The notes beneath the pieces are model-generated. The model was not told the origin of the DNA. It did no database searches and saw only the letters and a program-made list of their open reading frames with translations. A stretch of DNA of 41,185 nucleotides from Bdellovibrionota bacterium (GTDB lineage Bacteria > Bdellovibrionota_C > UBA2361 > JBGSMV01), in contig JBIKWF010000032.1 of assembly GCA_044356455.1 (NCBI GenBank), forward strand, positions 1 to 41,185, in the 5' to 3' direction. The position numbers and the translations under genes are program-made. Below are positions 29,293 through 38,512 of the stretch, in pieces; positions within the stretch are counted from its first letter, which is position 1, and each line of letters begins with the position of its first letter.

Positions 29293-30483
29293 CTATTGGT
29301 TTTCTCCCCTCTGACGTTCTGCCTCAAGTTCAAGAGTGCGAGCGTCAGTCCAGCTCAAAAATCGGAGTGAATGCGGTGATGATACAAGTTGACGCGGCTT
29401 TTTATCGCCGGGCGCAATAGCATACACATTATATATTTCCTTACGGCCGTCTTCTGCGGTGAAGGCAACAAGTTTACCGTCGGGAGACCAGGTGGCGTCA
29501 TATTCTCTTCCCGGCATTGACGTGAGCTGGGTGCGCTTGCCCGAATCAATTTCAAGAATCCCGAGGTCAACGTCGTCAAAAGCTCCATAGGAAAAGGCGA
29601 TGCTTTTTCCGTCTGGTGAATAGTCTTGGCGGCAAAAGGTTTGAGCGCCAGAAAGCAGACATTTTTCTTGGCGAGTTGAAAGGTTCGAGGTGCACACGTC
29701 CCAGCCCGGCCAGAATCGATTGGTGGAATAGGAGACCATTTTTCCGTCAGGCGAGACTTTAGGTACGGTTTGCCGTCCCGAGTACTTGGCGAGTGGTGTG
29801 GCGCTCGCTCCTTTGGCAGGTGCTCCCGGGACATTAAGAATCATAATCGTGGCGTCGCCGCCGGCTTTCCCAAGTTCCGCTGAGTACGCAATCTTCAGTC
29901 CATCTTTGCTCCAAGAGGGATTTTCGTCGTTCCCCGGGTTGGTGGTGAGCCTCACGGGAGAGCGGCCGTCCCACTCCGCAGCATAAATCTCGTTATTTCC
30001 ATCACGGTCTGAGACAAATGCAAAATAGCGTCCATCAGGGCTCCAGCTCGGATAGCTGCTGTTGCCGGGACCTTCGATGACACGCCGAATTCTCTTCGCG
30101 TTGAAGTCGAGCACAAAGATTCTTTCGAGTCCGTCGATAGTGGCCCCAAAGAGAAGGTTGCCTGAGAGACCCGTGGTGTCTCCGATTTGAAAAGACGAAT
30201 CGATCTCGGCGGGAGTGACGGAGGGTGTGCCGGTGGCTGAAGAGTGGGCGGCGGAAGACGCGGCCGGAGTTGCAGAGAGTTTCTCGGAAGCTGGGGCGGA
30301 GTCTGCGGGGCTGAGTGCTTGAGGCAGCGTCGCGCGAGGGGCCTGGGCCTCTGCGCGGAAAGATCCTAGGGGCAGAAGAATGCCGCATGCTCCTAGCGCC
30401 CACGCTCTCAACGCTTTGAGGCAAAGGGGCGCGCGGGAAACAGAGAAGAAGTTGTTGATAGCTGTTCTCAGATAACTGCTCAT
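29293..30483 (-). CDS. TolB-like PD40 beta-propeller protein
   Basis: Repeated PSWSPDG / SPDGK units, FVSDRDGNNEIY; start uncertain (30483 or 30507). Confidence 0.88.
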   Translation of the reverse strand: MSSYLRTAINNFFSVSRAPLCLKALRAWALGACGILLPLGSFRAEAQAPRATLPQALSPADSAPASEKLSATPAASSAAHSSATGTPSVTPAEIDSSFQIGDTTGLSGNLLFGATIDGLERIFVLDFNAKRIRRVIEGPGNSSYPSWSPDGRYFAFVSDRDGNNEIYAAEWDGRSPVRLTTNPGNDENPSWSKDGLKIAYSAELGKAGGDATIMILNVPGAPAKGASATPLAKYSGRQTVPKVSPDGKMVSYSTNRFWPGWDVCTSNLSTRQEKCLLSGAQTFCRQDYSPDGKSIAFSYGAFDDVDLGILEIDSGKRTQLTSMPGREYDATWSPDGKLVAFTAEDGRKEIYNVYAIAPGDKKPRQLVSSPHSLRFLSWTDARTLELEAERQRGENQ

Positions 30484-30562
30484 AGAAAAAGGAAGAACCA
30501 GTTTCAAAACAGGGATGAGGGGGATGGTCCCTCAGCGCCTTAGACCTTGCATCATATGCCCA

Positions 30563-31072
30563 CTACGAAAGAAATGCGTAGCGCAGACCAAAAAGAATTA
30601 GTGCTGCCGCAGCCCCCGCAACGATGTCGTCGAGCATGATGCCCCAAGCCCCGGGGAGACGCTCGGCCATTCCGATAGGCCCGAATTTCATTATGTCGAA
30701 AGTTCTAAAAAGTGAAAAGGCAATCAGCGCCTCTAGTAGCGTTGGGGAGGCTGGAATCAAAGCAATAAGCATCCCGGCCCATTCGTCTACCACCACTTCG
30801 CTCGGGTCAATGTGGGCTTTGCCGTTGTTCCCCGAGGCGACCTTTTTCCATTCCGCATCATGAATCAGGGCGTGGGTGGCGAGCAGCCCAAGCAGGCTAA
30901 TGGACGCGGCAAGGAGTAGGGTGCCGGCGCCGCTCACAGCAAAAGTGCTTCGTTGGAGAATGAACCAGGCGGCCACGCAGGCGGCGCTAGCGACGGTGCC
31001 CGACGCCATGGGCGAAAATCCTGTTCCTAGTCCTGACGTGATGGCTCTTGCGAGAATAATGGTTGGGCGCAT
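30563..31072 (-). CDS. pgpA: Phosphatidylglycerophosphatase A
   Basis: GTGFSPMASGTVAS, DPSEVVVDEWAG, FRTFDIMK, GIMLDDIVAG. Confidence 0.95.
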   Translation of the reverse strand: MRPTIILARAITSGLGTGFSPMASGTVASAACVAAWFILQRSTFAVSGAGTLLLAASISLLGLLATHALIHDAEWKKVASGNNGKAHIDPSEVVVDEWAGMLIALIPASPTLLEALIAFSLFRTFDIMKFGPIGMAERLPGAWGIMLDDIVAGAAAALILFGLRYAFLS

Positions 31073-31460
31073 GGGCCAAGACTCTACAGGCCTGAGGATT
31101 CCTCACAAGAACCAAATCTCGTGTTGACGCCTTCGATCTTGATTTGCTATAAGTTGCTTAAACAAAACGGCCTGGCTAATCATTTGAAAAGAATTGTTTT
31201 TTGTCTTTAGCGCCTTTGGTTCTCGCTTTTCGGGATCCTGCTCTAGGGAGCGGTAGGCGTAAAGAGTGATGCTCGTGCCTTTATGTTTGTGCTCGTGTGC
31301 GCCAGCTGCGTGTGTTGTTGATATTTGCGCGGTGGTGGTTGTCGAGCATTGAAACGTTGCGATTAAACGTTTTTGGCAGTTTAGCTTTTGGGGCGGGGCG
31401 GTGTTTTGTCTGGCCGAGGGATGGCTTCGGGCAGCGCCGCATTTTGGCTAACGGGTTCTT

Positions 31461-32747
31461 ATGGCAAAGAGTTCTGGCGGAAAAGGAAGTTCTGGTGGCG
31501 GCTGGGAGGAGGATGCTGAGGTTGGCATCACTCTTGGCTCTGACTTTGCACTAGGGTCCGATTTGGAGAGCGGCGCTTCCACGAAAGAGCGCCCAGGGTT
31601 TTCCCCTCCTGGATTTTCTCCCTCGGGGCTTTTCTCTGGGGTTGCGCTTGGCGGCGAAGATTCATCGAGCACTTCGTTAGTGGATCGCGCTGGCGCAGAT
31701 AGGATTGCTCCAGATCAGGGTGGGGACGTGGGTGTAATCGACGTTGCTGGTTTGGGGGACTCCGGTGATTCGTCTCGAGGCGGCATAGTTGCTGCGCGGG
31801 GTACGGTTGACGGCCTCGTTATTCGAGTTGATGGACGCGTGGAGTCCGGGACGCTTCGTCAGGCTCTTGATGAGTTCGTGAGCGCGCGTAGTTCATTCCT
31901 CGCTGGTCAGGAAGTCTTCCTTGAGTGGGTTGGGATGCGCCCTGCGCTAGACGTTGAGGAGTCTCTCACGCACCTTTTAAAGCGCAGTTACGGCATCGTG
32001 GTAAAGTCCGTGCGGCTCTACACTAGGCCTCGCACGTCTGATGCAGGTCTCGATGTTTCTGATCGCGTGGGCGAGTCTGGTCGCGGGGGAGATGGTAGTA
32101 GTCTCTTTGAGGGCGCTCGGGCCTTGGGTGGTTCTGCTTTTGGAGCCGGGACGGGAAGCGCTTCTCAGAGTGGTGGGCGAGGAAAGTATGCGTCTCTAGG
32201 CAAGGAAGTTGCCGGAGCTGTTAGCGCAGCTGCGAGCGGTGCTTTGGGCGGATCTAGTCGCTCTTCTCGCGCCGTAGATTTCCAGTCTCCTCTTTCGGGT
32301 ACGAGTATTCCTTGGGATGAGCCTGATACTCGTCTTATTCATGCCAATCTGCGCTCGGGGCAGAAGATTGAGTCAGAGCATTCCCTCGTTATTGTGGGAG
32401 ACGTCAATTCAGGCGCTGAGGTTATCTCGGGGGGAGACGTGGTAATTCTTGGAACGCTGCGCGGCGTGGCTCATGCCGGAGCGTACGAGGAGTCGGGTGG
32501 CGGGCGAGTTATTTTCGCTATCAATATGCAGCCCACGCAGCTACGAATTGGCTCAGTTATTTCCCGCGGATCGGCGCAAGATGCAAAGGGAGTTGCTCCT
32601 GAGGTCGCGCGCGTAGATGGGAATTTAATTGTCGTTGAGCAATATCATACCAAGACGCTCGGTGGGACTATTGGTGGTTCTATGATGGGTGGAATTGGAA
32701 GCAGTCTTGTGGGCCTGCTTGGGCGCAAGCGAGGCGTGGCGAATTAG
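31461..32747 (+). CDS. minC: Septum site-determining protein MinC, unusually long
   Basis: RGTVDGLVI N-domain start; LRSGQ..VIVGDVNSGAEVI..G.LRGVAHAGA..QLRIG C-domain; upstream of minD. Confidence 0.92.
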   Translation: MAKSSGGKGSSGGGWEEDAEVGITLGSDFALGSDLESGASTKERPGFSPPGFSPSGLFSGVALGGEDSSSTSLVDRAGADRIAPDQGGDVGVIDVAGLGDSGDSSRGGIVAARGTVDGLVIRVDGRVESGTLRQALDEFVSARSSFLAGQEVFLEWVGMRPALDVEESLTHLLKRSYGIVVKSVRLYTRPRTSDAGLDVSDRVGESGRGGDGSSLFEGARALGGSAFGAGTGSASQSGGRGKYASLGKEVAGAVSAAASGALGGSSRSSRAVDFQSPLSGTSIPWDEPDTRLIHANLRSGQKIESEHSLVIVGDVNSGAEVISGGDVVILGTLRGVAHAGAYEESGGGRVIFAINMQPTQLRIGSVISRGSAQDAKGVAPEVARVDGNLIVVEQYHTKTLGGTIGGSMMGGIGSSLVGLLGRKRGVAN

Positions 32748-32800
32748 TGCGCAGTGATTTAATGCACTGTGAGTTAGTGCACTGTGATTTAGTGCACTGC
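32744..32800. repeat. ~4x 15-bp tandem repeat TTAGTGCACTGTGAT
   Basis: Units at 32744, 32759, 32774, 32789. Confidence 0.85.
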
Positions 32801-32864
32801 AGGGCGACCCTGCAAATGGTCAAAAAGTTAGTGCTGAATAGATTTGGATTGCGGAGGGTGTTCG

Positions 32865-33713
32865 ATGGTCTCAAATGATGGTGCCTCAGCTGGGTTCTCA
32901 AAGAATGGTACCGCTAAAGGCGGAGAAGTTATTGTAGTGACCTCAGGGAAAGGCGGAGTGGGAAAGACGACCACTACGGCAAGTCTTGGTTCAGCCCTGG
33001 CGCTTAGGGGGAAGCGGGTGCTCGTGGTTGACGCGGATATCGGGCTTCGCAACCTCGATGTTATTCTTGGGCTCGAGAACCGGATTGTTTTCAATCTTGT
33101 TGATGTAGCCAAGAATGTCTGCAAGCCTTCTCAGGCCATCATTAAGTCTAAGAAGTCGAATAATCTGTATCTGCTTCCTGCTTCTCAAACTGATGATAAG
33201 GATGTGGTGTCGGAGGATGACATCCGGACCGTCCTCGATCACTTCCGTCGTGAGTTCAACTATATCTTGGTTGATTCTCCGGCGGGTATTGAGCAGGGGT
33301 TTCGGAATGCCTGCGCGGGAGCAGATAGCGCCATCATCGTAACGACACCTGAAGTTCCGGCGATTCGAGATGCTGACCGTGTGGTTGGTCTCCTTTCTGC
33401 CCGAGGAATTGAGCCTTCGCTCATTATTAATCGCCTCGATGTGAACATGGTACGGCGTGGAGACATGCTCTCCGTGTCGGATGTGCAAGAAATTGTAGGC
33501 ATCCCGCTTATCGGAGTCGTGGAGCGCGATGAGAGCATCATCGTGGCTGCGAACTGCGGTGAGCCGGTGGTATACAACCCCAAATCGAAGGCGGGTATGG
33601 CGTATACGCGCATAGCCGGCCGTATTTGCGGGGAGCAGATTCCGATTGCTGACTACGGCAATGAAGGGTTTCTTACTCGCATTGGCCGTCGGTTAGGATT
33701 CCAAGCCGCCTAA
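32865..33713 (+). CDS. minD: Septum site-determining ATPase MinD
   Basis: TSGKGGVGKTT, DIGLRNLD, DSPAGIEQGF, C-terminal amphipathic GFLTRIGRRLG; GGAGG before ATG 32865. Confidence 0.98.
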   Translation: MVSNDGASAGFSKNGTAKGGEVIVVTSGKGGVGKTTTTASLGSALALRGKRVLVVDADIGLRNLDVILGLENRIVFNLVDVAKNVCKPSQAIIKSKKSNNLYLLPASQTDDKDVVSEDDIRTVLDHFRREFNYILVDSPAGIEQGFRNACAGADSAIIVTTPEVPAIRDADRVVGLLSARGIEPSLIINRLDVNMVRRGDMLSVSDVQEIVGIPLIGVVERDESIIVAANCGEPVVYNPKSKAGMAYTRIAGRICGEQIPIADYGNEGFLTRIGRRLGFQAA

Positions 33714-33927
33714 GGAGGCTCTTGGTGTCGTCGGGGAATAGGTGTGAGTGTTAGTTGATGGCCCTCAGGGAAATTGGTCTCGCGGGGTCGTCTGAAGTGA
33801 GAGTCCGGGTTTGGCTAGCCTTTTTTGGGAAAAGGGGCTAGCGAGGCAGAAGCATCTCGTGCGAAGGGTATATATCGTACCTCGGAGCCCGAGCGTAGCG
33901 AGTGACTATTTTCTGTAGGAGTGCGTC

Positions 33928-34290
33928 GTGTTTGCGGGATTAAAAGAGTTTCTCTTTGGAAACGGTCAGGCCAGCAAGTCACTCGCGCGGAGTAGACTGC
34001 ACTTTGTTCTTGTGCAGGATAGAACCGGGCTCTCACCAGATGATATGGCGGCCTTCAAGAAGGAGATGATCTCCGTCATCGAGCGATACTTTCAAATCGA
34101 TGAGCAGGGCTTCGATATCTCCTATAAGCGAGAGTCTGATTACACGACTCTTATGATTAATTCGCCCGTCATTACCCGGCGTCAGGATAGTCCCGGTGGG
34201 CAGGTTGGGGCGAAGCATCACGCCCGAAAGCACGACAAGAAGGCCCATAAGGAACCTGAAGTCGTAGCTAAGACCGCTACGCAAAGTTAG
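33928..34290 (+). CDS. minE: Cell division topological specificity factor MinE
   Basis: SKSLARSRLHFVLVQDR, KKEMISVIERY; AGGAG before GTG; basic C-terminal tail. Confidence 0.93.
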   Translation: MFAGLKEFLFGNGQASKSLARSRLHFVLVQDRTGLSPDDMAAFKKEMISVIERYFQIDEQGFDISYKRESDYTTLMINSPVITRRQDSPGGQVGAKHHARKHDKKAHKEPEVVAKTATQS

Positions 34291-34373
34291 GGTAGTGCCT
34301 CATTCGAAGCCTCATTCAAAAATATCAAAATACGCCAGCTGGATTTAAAGGGGTCCTGGCATTCCTGTGGTCA

Positions 34374-34778
34374 TTGACCGCAGTTGCTATGTCTATCTGC
34401 GGATATTTCGCCCTGACACTCACAGTTACTGAAGGGCACGTTTCTTCGATCGTCGAACGCGAATGCAAAGATAGCCCACCGCTCCATTGGATTTCTCGCA
34501 TAGAGTTATCGGATTCCATGAATCCGCGCGATCTCGTCAAAATCTCATTCACGACTGCGGGTGGCCAAGCCGCGGAAGTGGTTGAGACCTTTCGCTCAAG
34601 CTCGAATGTTCAGGTGGGTGATGCCGCTCAGGTGCGCTATCAAGAAAGTGACCCTTCCTTTGCCTTTCGCGCCGACCGCCTATGGCTGCTTCCGCTTGGG
34701 AGCCTCCTCGTCAGCCTTGCACTAAGTCTTATTCCCCTCTTCGGAAAGGGCAGACAAAGCGAGGCAACGGGAATTTAA
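34374..34778 (+). CDS. DUF3592-like small membrane protein (start uncertain)
   Basis: TM helix, TEGHVSSI, ISFTTAGGQ, VGDAAQVRY..SDPS.A, C-terminal TM helix. Confidence 0.65.
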   Translation: MTAVAMSICGYFALTLTVTEGHVSSIVERECKDSPPLHWISRIELSDSMNPRDLVKISFTTAGGQAAEVVETFRSSSNVQVGDAAQVRYQESDPSFAFRADRLWLLPLGSLLVSLALSLIPLFGKGRQSEATGI

Positions 34779-34791
34779 GGGGTAACTATTA

Positions 34792-36588
34792 CTACGCCCA
34801 CGAGCGCATCACGCAGCTCGGAGCAAGCGAAAGCATCTTTTGCATAGTTTCGGAGCTTGCGGTCAGAATCTCATGTGCCTTCACTGCACGTGAAGTTACC
34901 ATAACCGCGCCGCGCTCGGAGTTTCTGATCATGGTGTTGGGGGAGTTCGAGACCTTAAGAGCCTTACAGTAGGGGTCAACACCCAAGAGTGCCAAGGCTT
35001 GCTCCTCTGGTAAACCTGGATGAGAAACCCCGCATACGGGAGCTCCTGCCCTCAGAGATCGAGAGGCATACACACCGGTTTCCGAGTCCCCAGTAGTAGA
35101 ACTATAGCGCCTTAGAGTCATGCTCGGTTGGCGATAGCTTCGAAGTGCTCTAAGTTTCCCGGCACCTACGACGTGAGCCATGAGTTTTTGGTAATCCCAG
35201 CCCGTTCCTAATCCGATGAGCGGAAAGATTCCTGAGTCAAAAGGATTGTCACCGTAGTCGAGGCATGGGTTGCCATTTACTTCGATGACATAGGGAACAC
35301 CCTCGGGCGTGAGCCGCATATCGATGCGCCCATATCCGTCGCCGCCCACCGCCTGATAGGCTTTCAGGGCAACTGCTTCGACATTTCGTAAGGCCTCGGG
35401 CGGCAGGTTCGCAGGGCAATCCACCGCAAAATCCCAGTAGAACTTGGAGTTTGGATCACTCTTGGTGCTCTCCATGCGAATCTTAGGGATGCCGTCGTAA
35501 GTAGAGCCAAAACGAATCTCGAGCGGAGGAAGTACTAAGGTACGGGCGCCGCTCCCCAAAACTCCGACCGTGATTTCTCGTCCATCGATGTATTCTTCAA
35601 TGAGTGCGTCTGCACCTGTGCCGGCAACTACTCTTTTGATGGCAGGTCCTAGGTCCGCCGGTTTTCGCACGCAGGAAGCGCTATCAATGAGGATACTTCC
35701 AAAGCCAAAGCGGGGCTTCACAAACATGGGGTACGAGATTCCCTTAGGCGCCGAAGCGTTTTCAAAGGAAGTGACAAAGCCCTTCGGCACGGGAACTCCT
35801 GCGCGTTGCAGGGTTAGCTTCATGGCAAATTTATCGTTGGTCAGCTGGTGGACCGCAGAACCAACACCGGAAAAGGGTACTTTGCTAGATTCAAGCGCTA
35901 CCATTACCTCTGTGCCGGGCTCCCCATCGAAGCCGCAGCCATCACAAAGGTGCATGGCGAAGTCGGCGCTAACTGACCGAAGAGAATCGAGATTATCCCA
36001 ATTAATGGTCTGTAAGGTGAGCTCGTGTCCGAGCTCACGAAGCGCGCGCTCCTCGTGCTCTATAAAGCGGTGGACGCCACGCTCGTTTACCCCAAGATCT
36101 TCGGTTGGGTTGTAGAAGAATGCGACAGACTGAGGCTGTGACCCTGCAGCGTGGATTTCTTGAGCCACGTTTTTGAAATGTTCGGTCGTGTGGTGACCAG
36201 AGTATGATTTTGCCTCTTCGTCAGAGAGGGACGCGATGGGGTGAGAGGCAAGTTTGCTGCTCACCAAACTACAAACGAGAGGGGCGGGGATCCTGCTTAA
36301 TGCGGAGCCACCGAGCTGTGGGAAGTCAGCTTGGGGGGAGTTTTGTTTGAGCGCTACTTCGCGCTTAAGAACGGGGCGAGAGCGCGGTGGATTAGCGGCA
36401 CTGCCAGATTTCTGGAGCAAGGTAGAGGTGCTTGCAAGAGTGCTGGCTCGGCGTTGTTTGCCGGAAGAGGTCCTTGTAACTTGCTGATTTGACTGCTGTA
36501 AATCCTTCCCTGCTGGCTGTTTCGACGGGCCAGATTTAGAGGAACCAAGAGCGGGAGCAGTAGTACGGCGGGTTTTGCGAATCGGCAT
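34792..36588 (-). CDS. D-Ala-D-Ala-ligase-like ATP-grasp protein with C-terminal degenerate SET-like domain
   Basis: PFSG, DKFAMK, YPMFVKP..GS, LIEEYIDGREITVGVLG, GYGRIDMR, YVIEVNGNP; AAGGAAAG upstream. Confidence 0.85.
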   Translation of the reverse strand: MPIRKTRRTTAPALGSSKSGPSKQPAGKDLQQSNQQVTRTSSGKQRRASTLASTSTLLQKSGSAANPPRSRPVLKREVALKQNSPQADFPQLGGSALSRIPAPLVCSLVSSKLASHPIASLSDEEAKSYSGHHTTEHFKNVAQEIHAAGSQPQSVAFFYNPTEDLGVNERGVHRFIEHEERALRELGHELTLQTINWDNLDSLRSVSADFAMHLCDGCGFDGEPGTEVMVALESSKVPFSGVGSAVHQLTNDKFAMKLTLQRAGVPVPKGFVTSFENASAPKGISYPMFVKPRFGFGSILIDSASCVRKPADLGPAIKRVVAGTGADALIEEYIDGREITVGVLGSGARTLVLPPLEIRFGSTYDGIPKIRMESTKSDPNSKFYWDFAVDCPANLPPEALRNVEAVALKAYQAVGGDGYGRIDMRLTPEGVPYVIEVNGNPCLDYGDNPFDSGIFPLIGLGTGWDYQKLMAHVVGAGKLRALRSYRQPSMTLRRYSSTTGDSETGVYASRSLRAGAPVCGVSHPGLPEEQALALLGVDPYCKALKVSNSPNTMIRNSERGAVMVTSRAVKAHEILTASSETMQKMLSLAPSCVMRSWA

Positions 36589-36738
36589 CTTTTCTTTCTT
36601 CTTTCCTTAATTTCCAAATACGAAGGTTCTGACTTTTCTACTCTTCAACAAATTTCAACTCTGAGATTCTTGCTCACCCAGAGTTAGTAGTGAGCATCGA
36701 GGACTTCAAGCGGCACATCTTTGGGGGGCTTCCCTCGA

Positions 36739-36799
36739 AAATCTGTATCACCCAGAGATCGCTATCGCCAAAGATCTCTATCGCCAGAGATCTCTATCG
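36739..36799. repeat. 3-4x 16-bp tandem repeat AGATCTCTATCGCCAR
   Basis: Units at 36756, 36772, 36788 and a degenerate unit at 36739. Confidence 0.75.
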
Positions 36800-37075
36800 T
36801 TTGCGATGCGCCAAGTACTTTAGAGATTTTCTCACTTCAATACGTTTCATCTTTCTTTATATCACTTGTGACAGCATTTCCTCTCTTACTCAAGCGTTTT
36901 GCGCTGAGTGCTTCAGGAGGGAGAGGTGAGTGGGGAGGAAATGCAAAAGAAAAACTCTGCTCACACACCCTTTTTCTGAGGCCACAGGGCTTCAAAATTG
37001 GATGTGCGAGCAGAGTTCCGACACCTTCTTTGACTCGTTTGCGAAGGTGCACGCGCCCTAGAAGAAGGTCATCAA

Positions 37076-38197
37076 TTAGGCAAGAGACATCACTTTTTCT
37101 AGCGGAGTGTAAGGGATTTTCACCGCTTCACTCACAGGTTGATTGGTGAGTTTCCCGCCCATGGTGTTCACTGCAAGACGAAGTTCAGGGAACTTCTTCA
37201 AGGCAGCATCAACACCGAGGTCGGCGAGTTTCAAAATGTAGGGCAGAGTCGCCGATGTGAGTGCCATTGTGGAGGTGCGAGGCGTTTGGGCTGGCATGTT
37301 CGGAACACCGTAGTGAATGACGCCTTCGTGCTCATAAACGGGGTCCGCAAGGCTCGTGGTGCGAATGGTTTCTCCGCATCCGCCTTGGTCAATGCTGATG
37401 TCTACAAACACCGATCCTTTGGGCATTTTTGCAATAATTTCGCGGGTTACGAGCTTTGGAGCCGCAGCGCCGGGAATGAGAACTGCACCAATAAGTAGGT
37501 CGGCACGCTCGGCAGCCCAGGAGAGACTTGCCATGGTAGAGAATACTGTACGTACTCGGGAGCCGAACTCCATTTTCACTCTTTCGAGCTTCTTGTAATC
37601 AACATCCAGCACCGTCACGGTTGCTCCGAAACCGAGGGCAACTTCGCACGCCGCGCGTCCCGAAATTCCCGCTCCGATGATGACTACGTTGCCTGGGCGA
37701 ACACCCACAGTTCCGCCTAAGAGTACGCCTCGACCCCCGTTCTGGGAGAGCAAGAAATAGGACCCGTTGAGGACAGAAAGCTTGCCCGCAACTTCGCTCA
37801 TAGGCTCAAGCAGCGGGAGCCTGCGGTCGTCAAGCTGCACCAGTTCGTAGGCAATTCCCGTAACCCCACTCTTGACCATCGCAGAGGTGAGCTCAGGCAT
37901 GCTCGCGAGATGGAGGTAGTCAAAAATGGTAAGTCCCGGGCGAAAGAATGCGTATTCTGATTCATGGGGCTCTTTCACCTTTACCACCATGTCCGTGCCG
38001 GTCCATACGTCCTTCAGGGTAGGAACAATGGTGGCGCCGGCTGCCTTGAAGGCTTCGTCAGGGAAATGTGAGCCTTCACCAGCTTTTGTTTCAACATGTA
38101 CTTGGTGGCCATGGCGCACGAGTTCCATGATGCCGTCTGGGGTAATAGCTACTCGTTTCTCAAGAGTCTTACGTTCGCGGGGAACACCAATTTTCAT
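37076..38197 (-). CDS. ald: Alanine dehydrogenase
   Basis: MKIGVPRE..EKRVA, VKVKEP, YLHLA, LPLLEPMSEVAG, GAVLIPGAAAPKL, DISIDQGGC, NMP. Confidence 0.97.
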   Translation of the reverse strand: MKIGVPRERKTLEKRVAITPDGIMELVRHGHQVHVETKAGEGSHFPDEAFKAAGATIVPTLKDVWTGTDMVVKVKEPHESEYAFFRPGLTIFDYLHLASMPELTSAMVKSGVTGIAYELVQLDDRRLPLLEPMSEVAGKLSVLNGSYFLLSQNGGRGVLLGGTVGVRPGNVVIIGAGISGRAACEVALGFGATVTVLDVDYKKLERVKMEFGSRVRTVFSTMASLSWAAERADLLIGAVLIPGAAAPKLVTREIIAKMPKGSVFVDISIDQGGCGETIRTTSLADPVYEHEGVIHYGVPNMPAQTPRTSTMALTSATLPYILKLADLGVDAALKKFPELRLAVNTMGGKLTNQPVSEAVKIPYTPLEKVMSLA

Positions 38198-38512
38198 GAT
38201 TTCTGTTACCTTTTAAAAAGCGCTCTCACTCAAAATAGCCAGACCTCACCCAGCGCGGCGAGGCGGTCGTTCCGGGCGCTTATACCCCTTGTTAAGGGGC
38301 GGAGGAAGATGTGGGGGCGAGAGGGGAGATGGGTGGTGAATTGGGGCTGGGGCGCGCCCTTCCTATGGGCGCTGCGTCTTGGTAGGGCGCCGCGTCCTCG
38401 CGGTGCCGCAAGATCTCTCGTCTTGGCACGTGGCTTGTCTCTGGCCACCTCACTCGCCGTACACACGCTTACCTCCCTTGAAATTGCCCCGCCCCTAAGC
38501 AAAGGTAGGGAC

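Noticed and set aside
32744..32800. CRISPR array interpretation of the tandem repeats (also 36739-36799, 39582-39641, 781-862)
   Set aside because: Units are 15-20 nt, mostly abutting without unique spacers, and no cas genes are present
38096..38512. 139-aa N-terminal extension of FolD in the ORF track (likewise polA 11767, obgE 9037, rnb 27222)
   Set aside because: Overlaps neighbouring genes or intergenic structures; conserved N-termini and RBS point to downstream ATGs
38198..38512. Folate-related riboswitch or ncRNA between divergent ald and folD
   Set aside because: GC-rich with short hairpins but no recognisable THF or ZTP aptamer consensus
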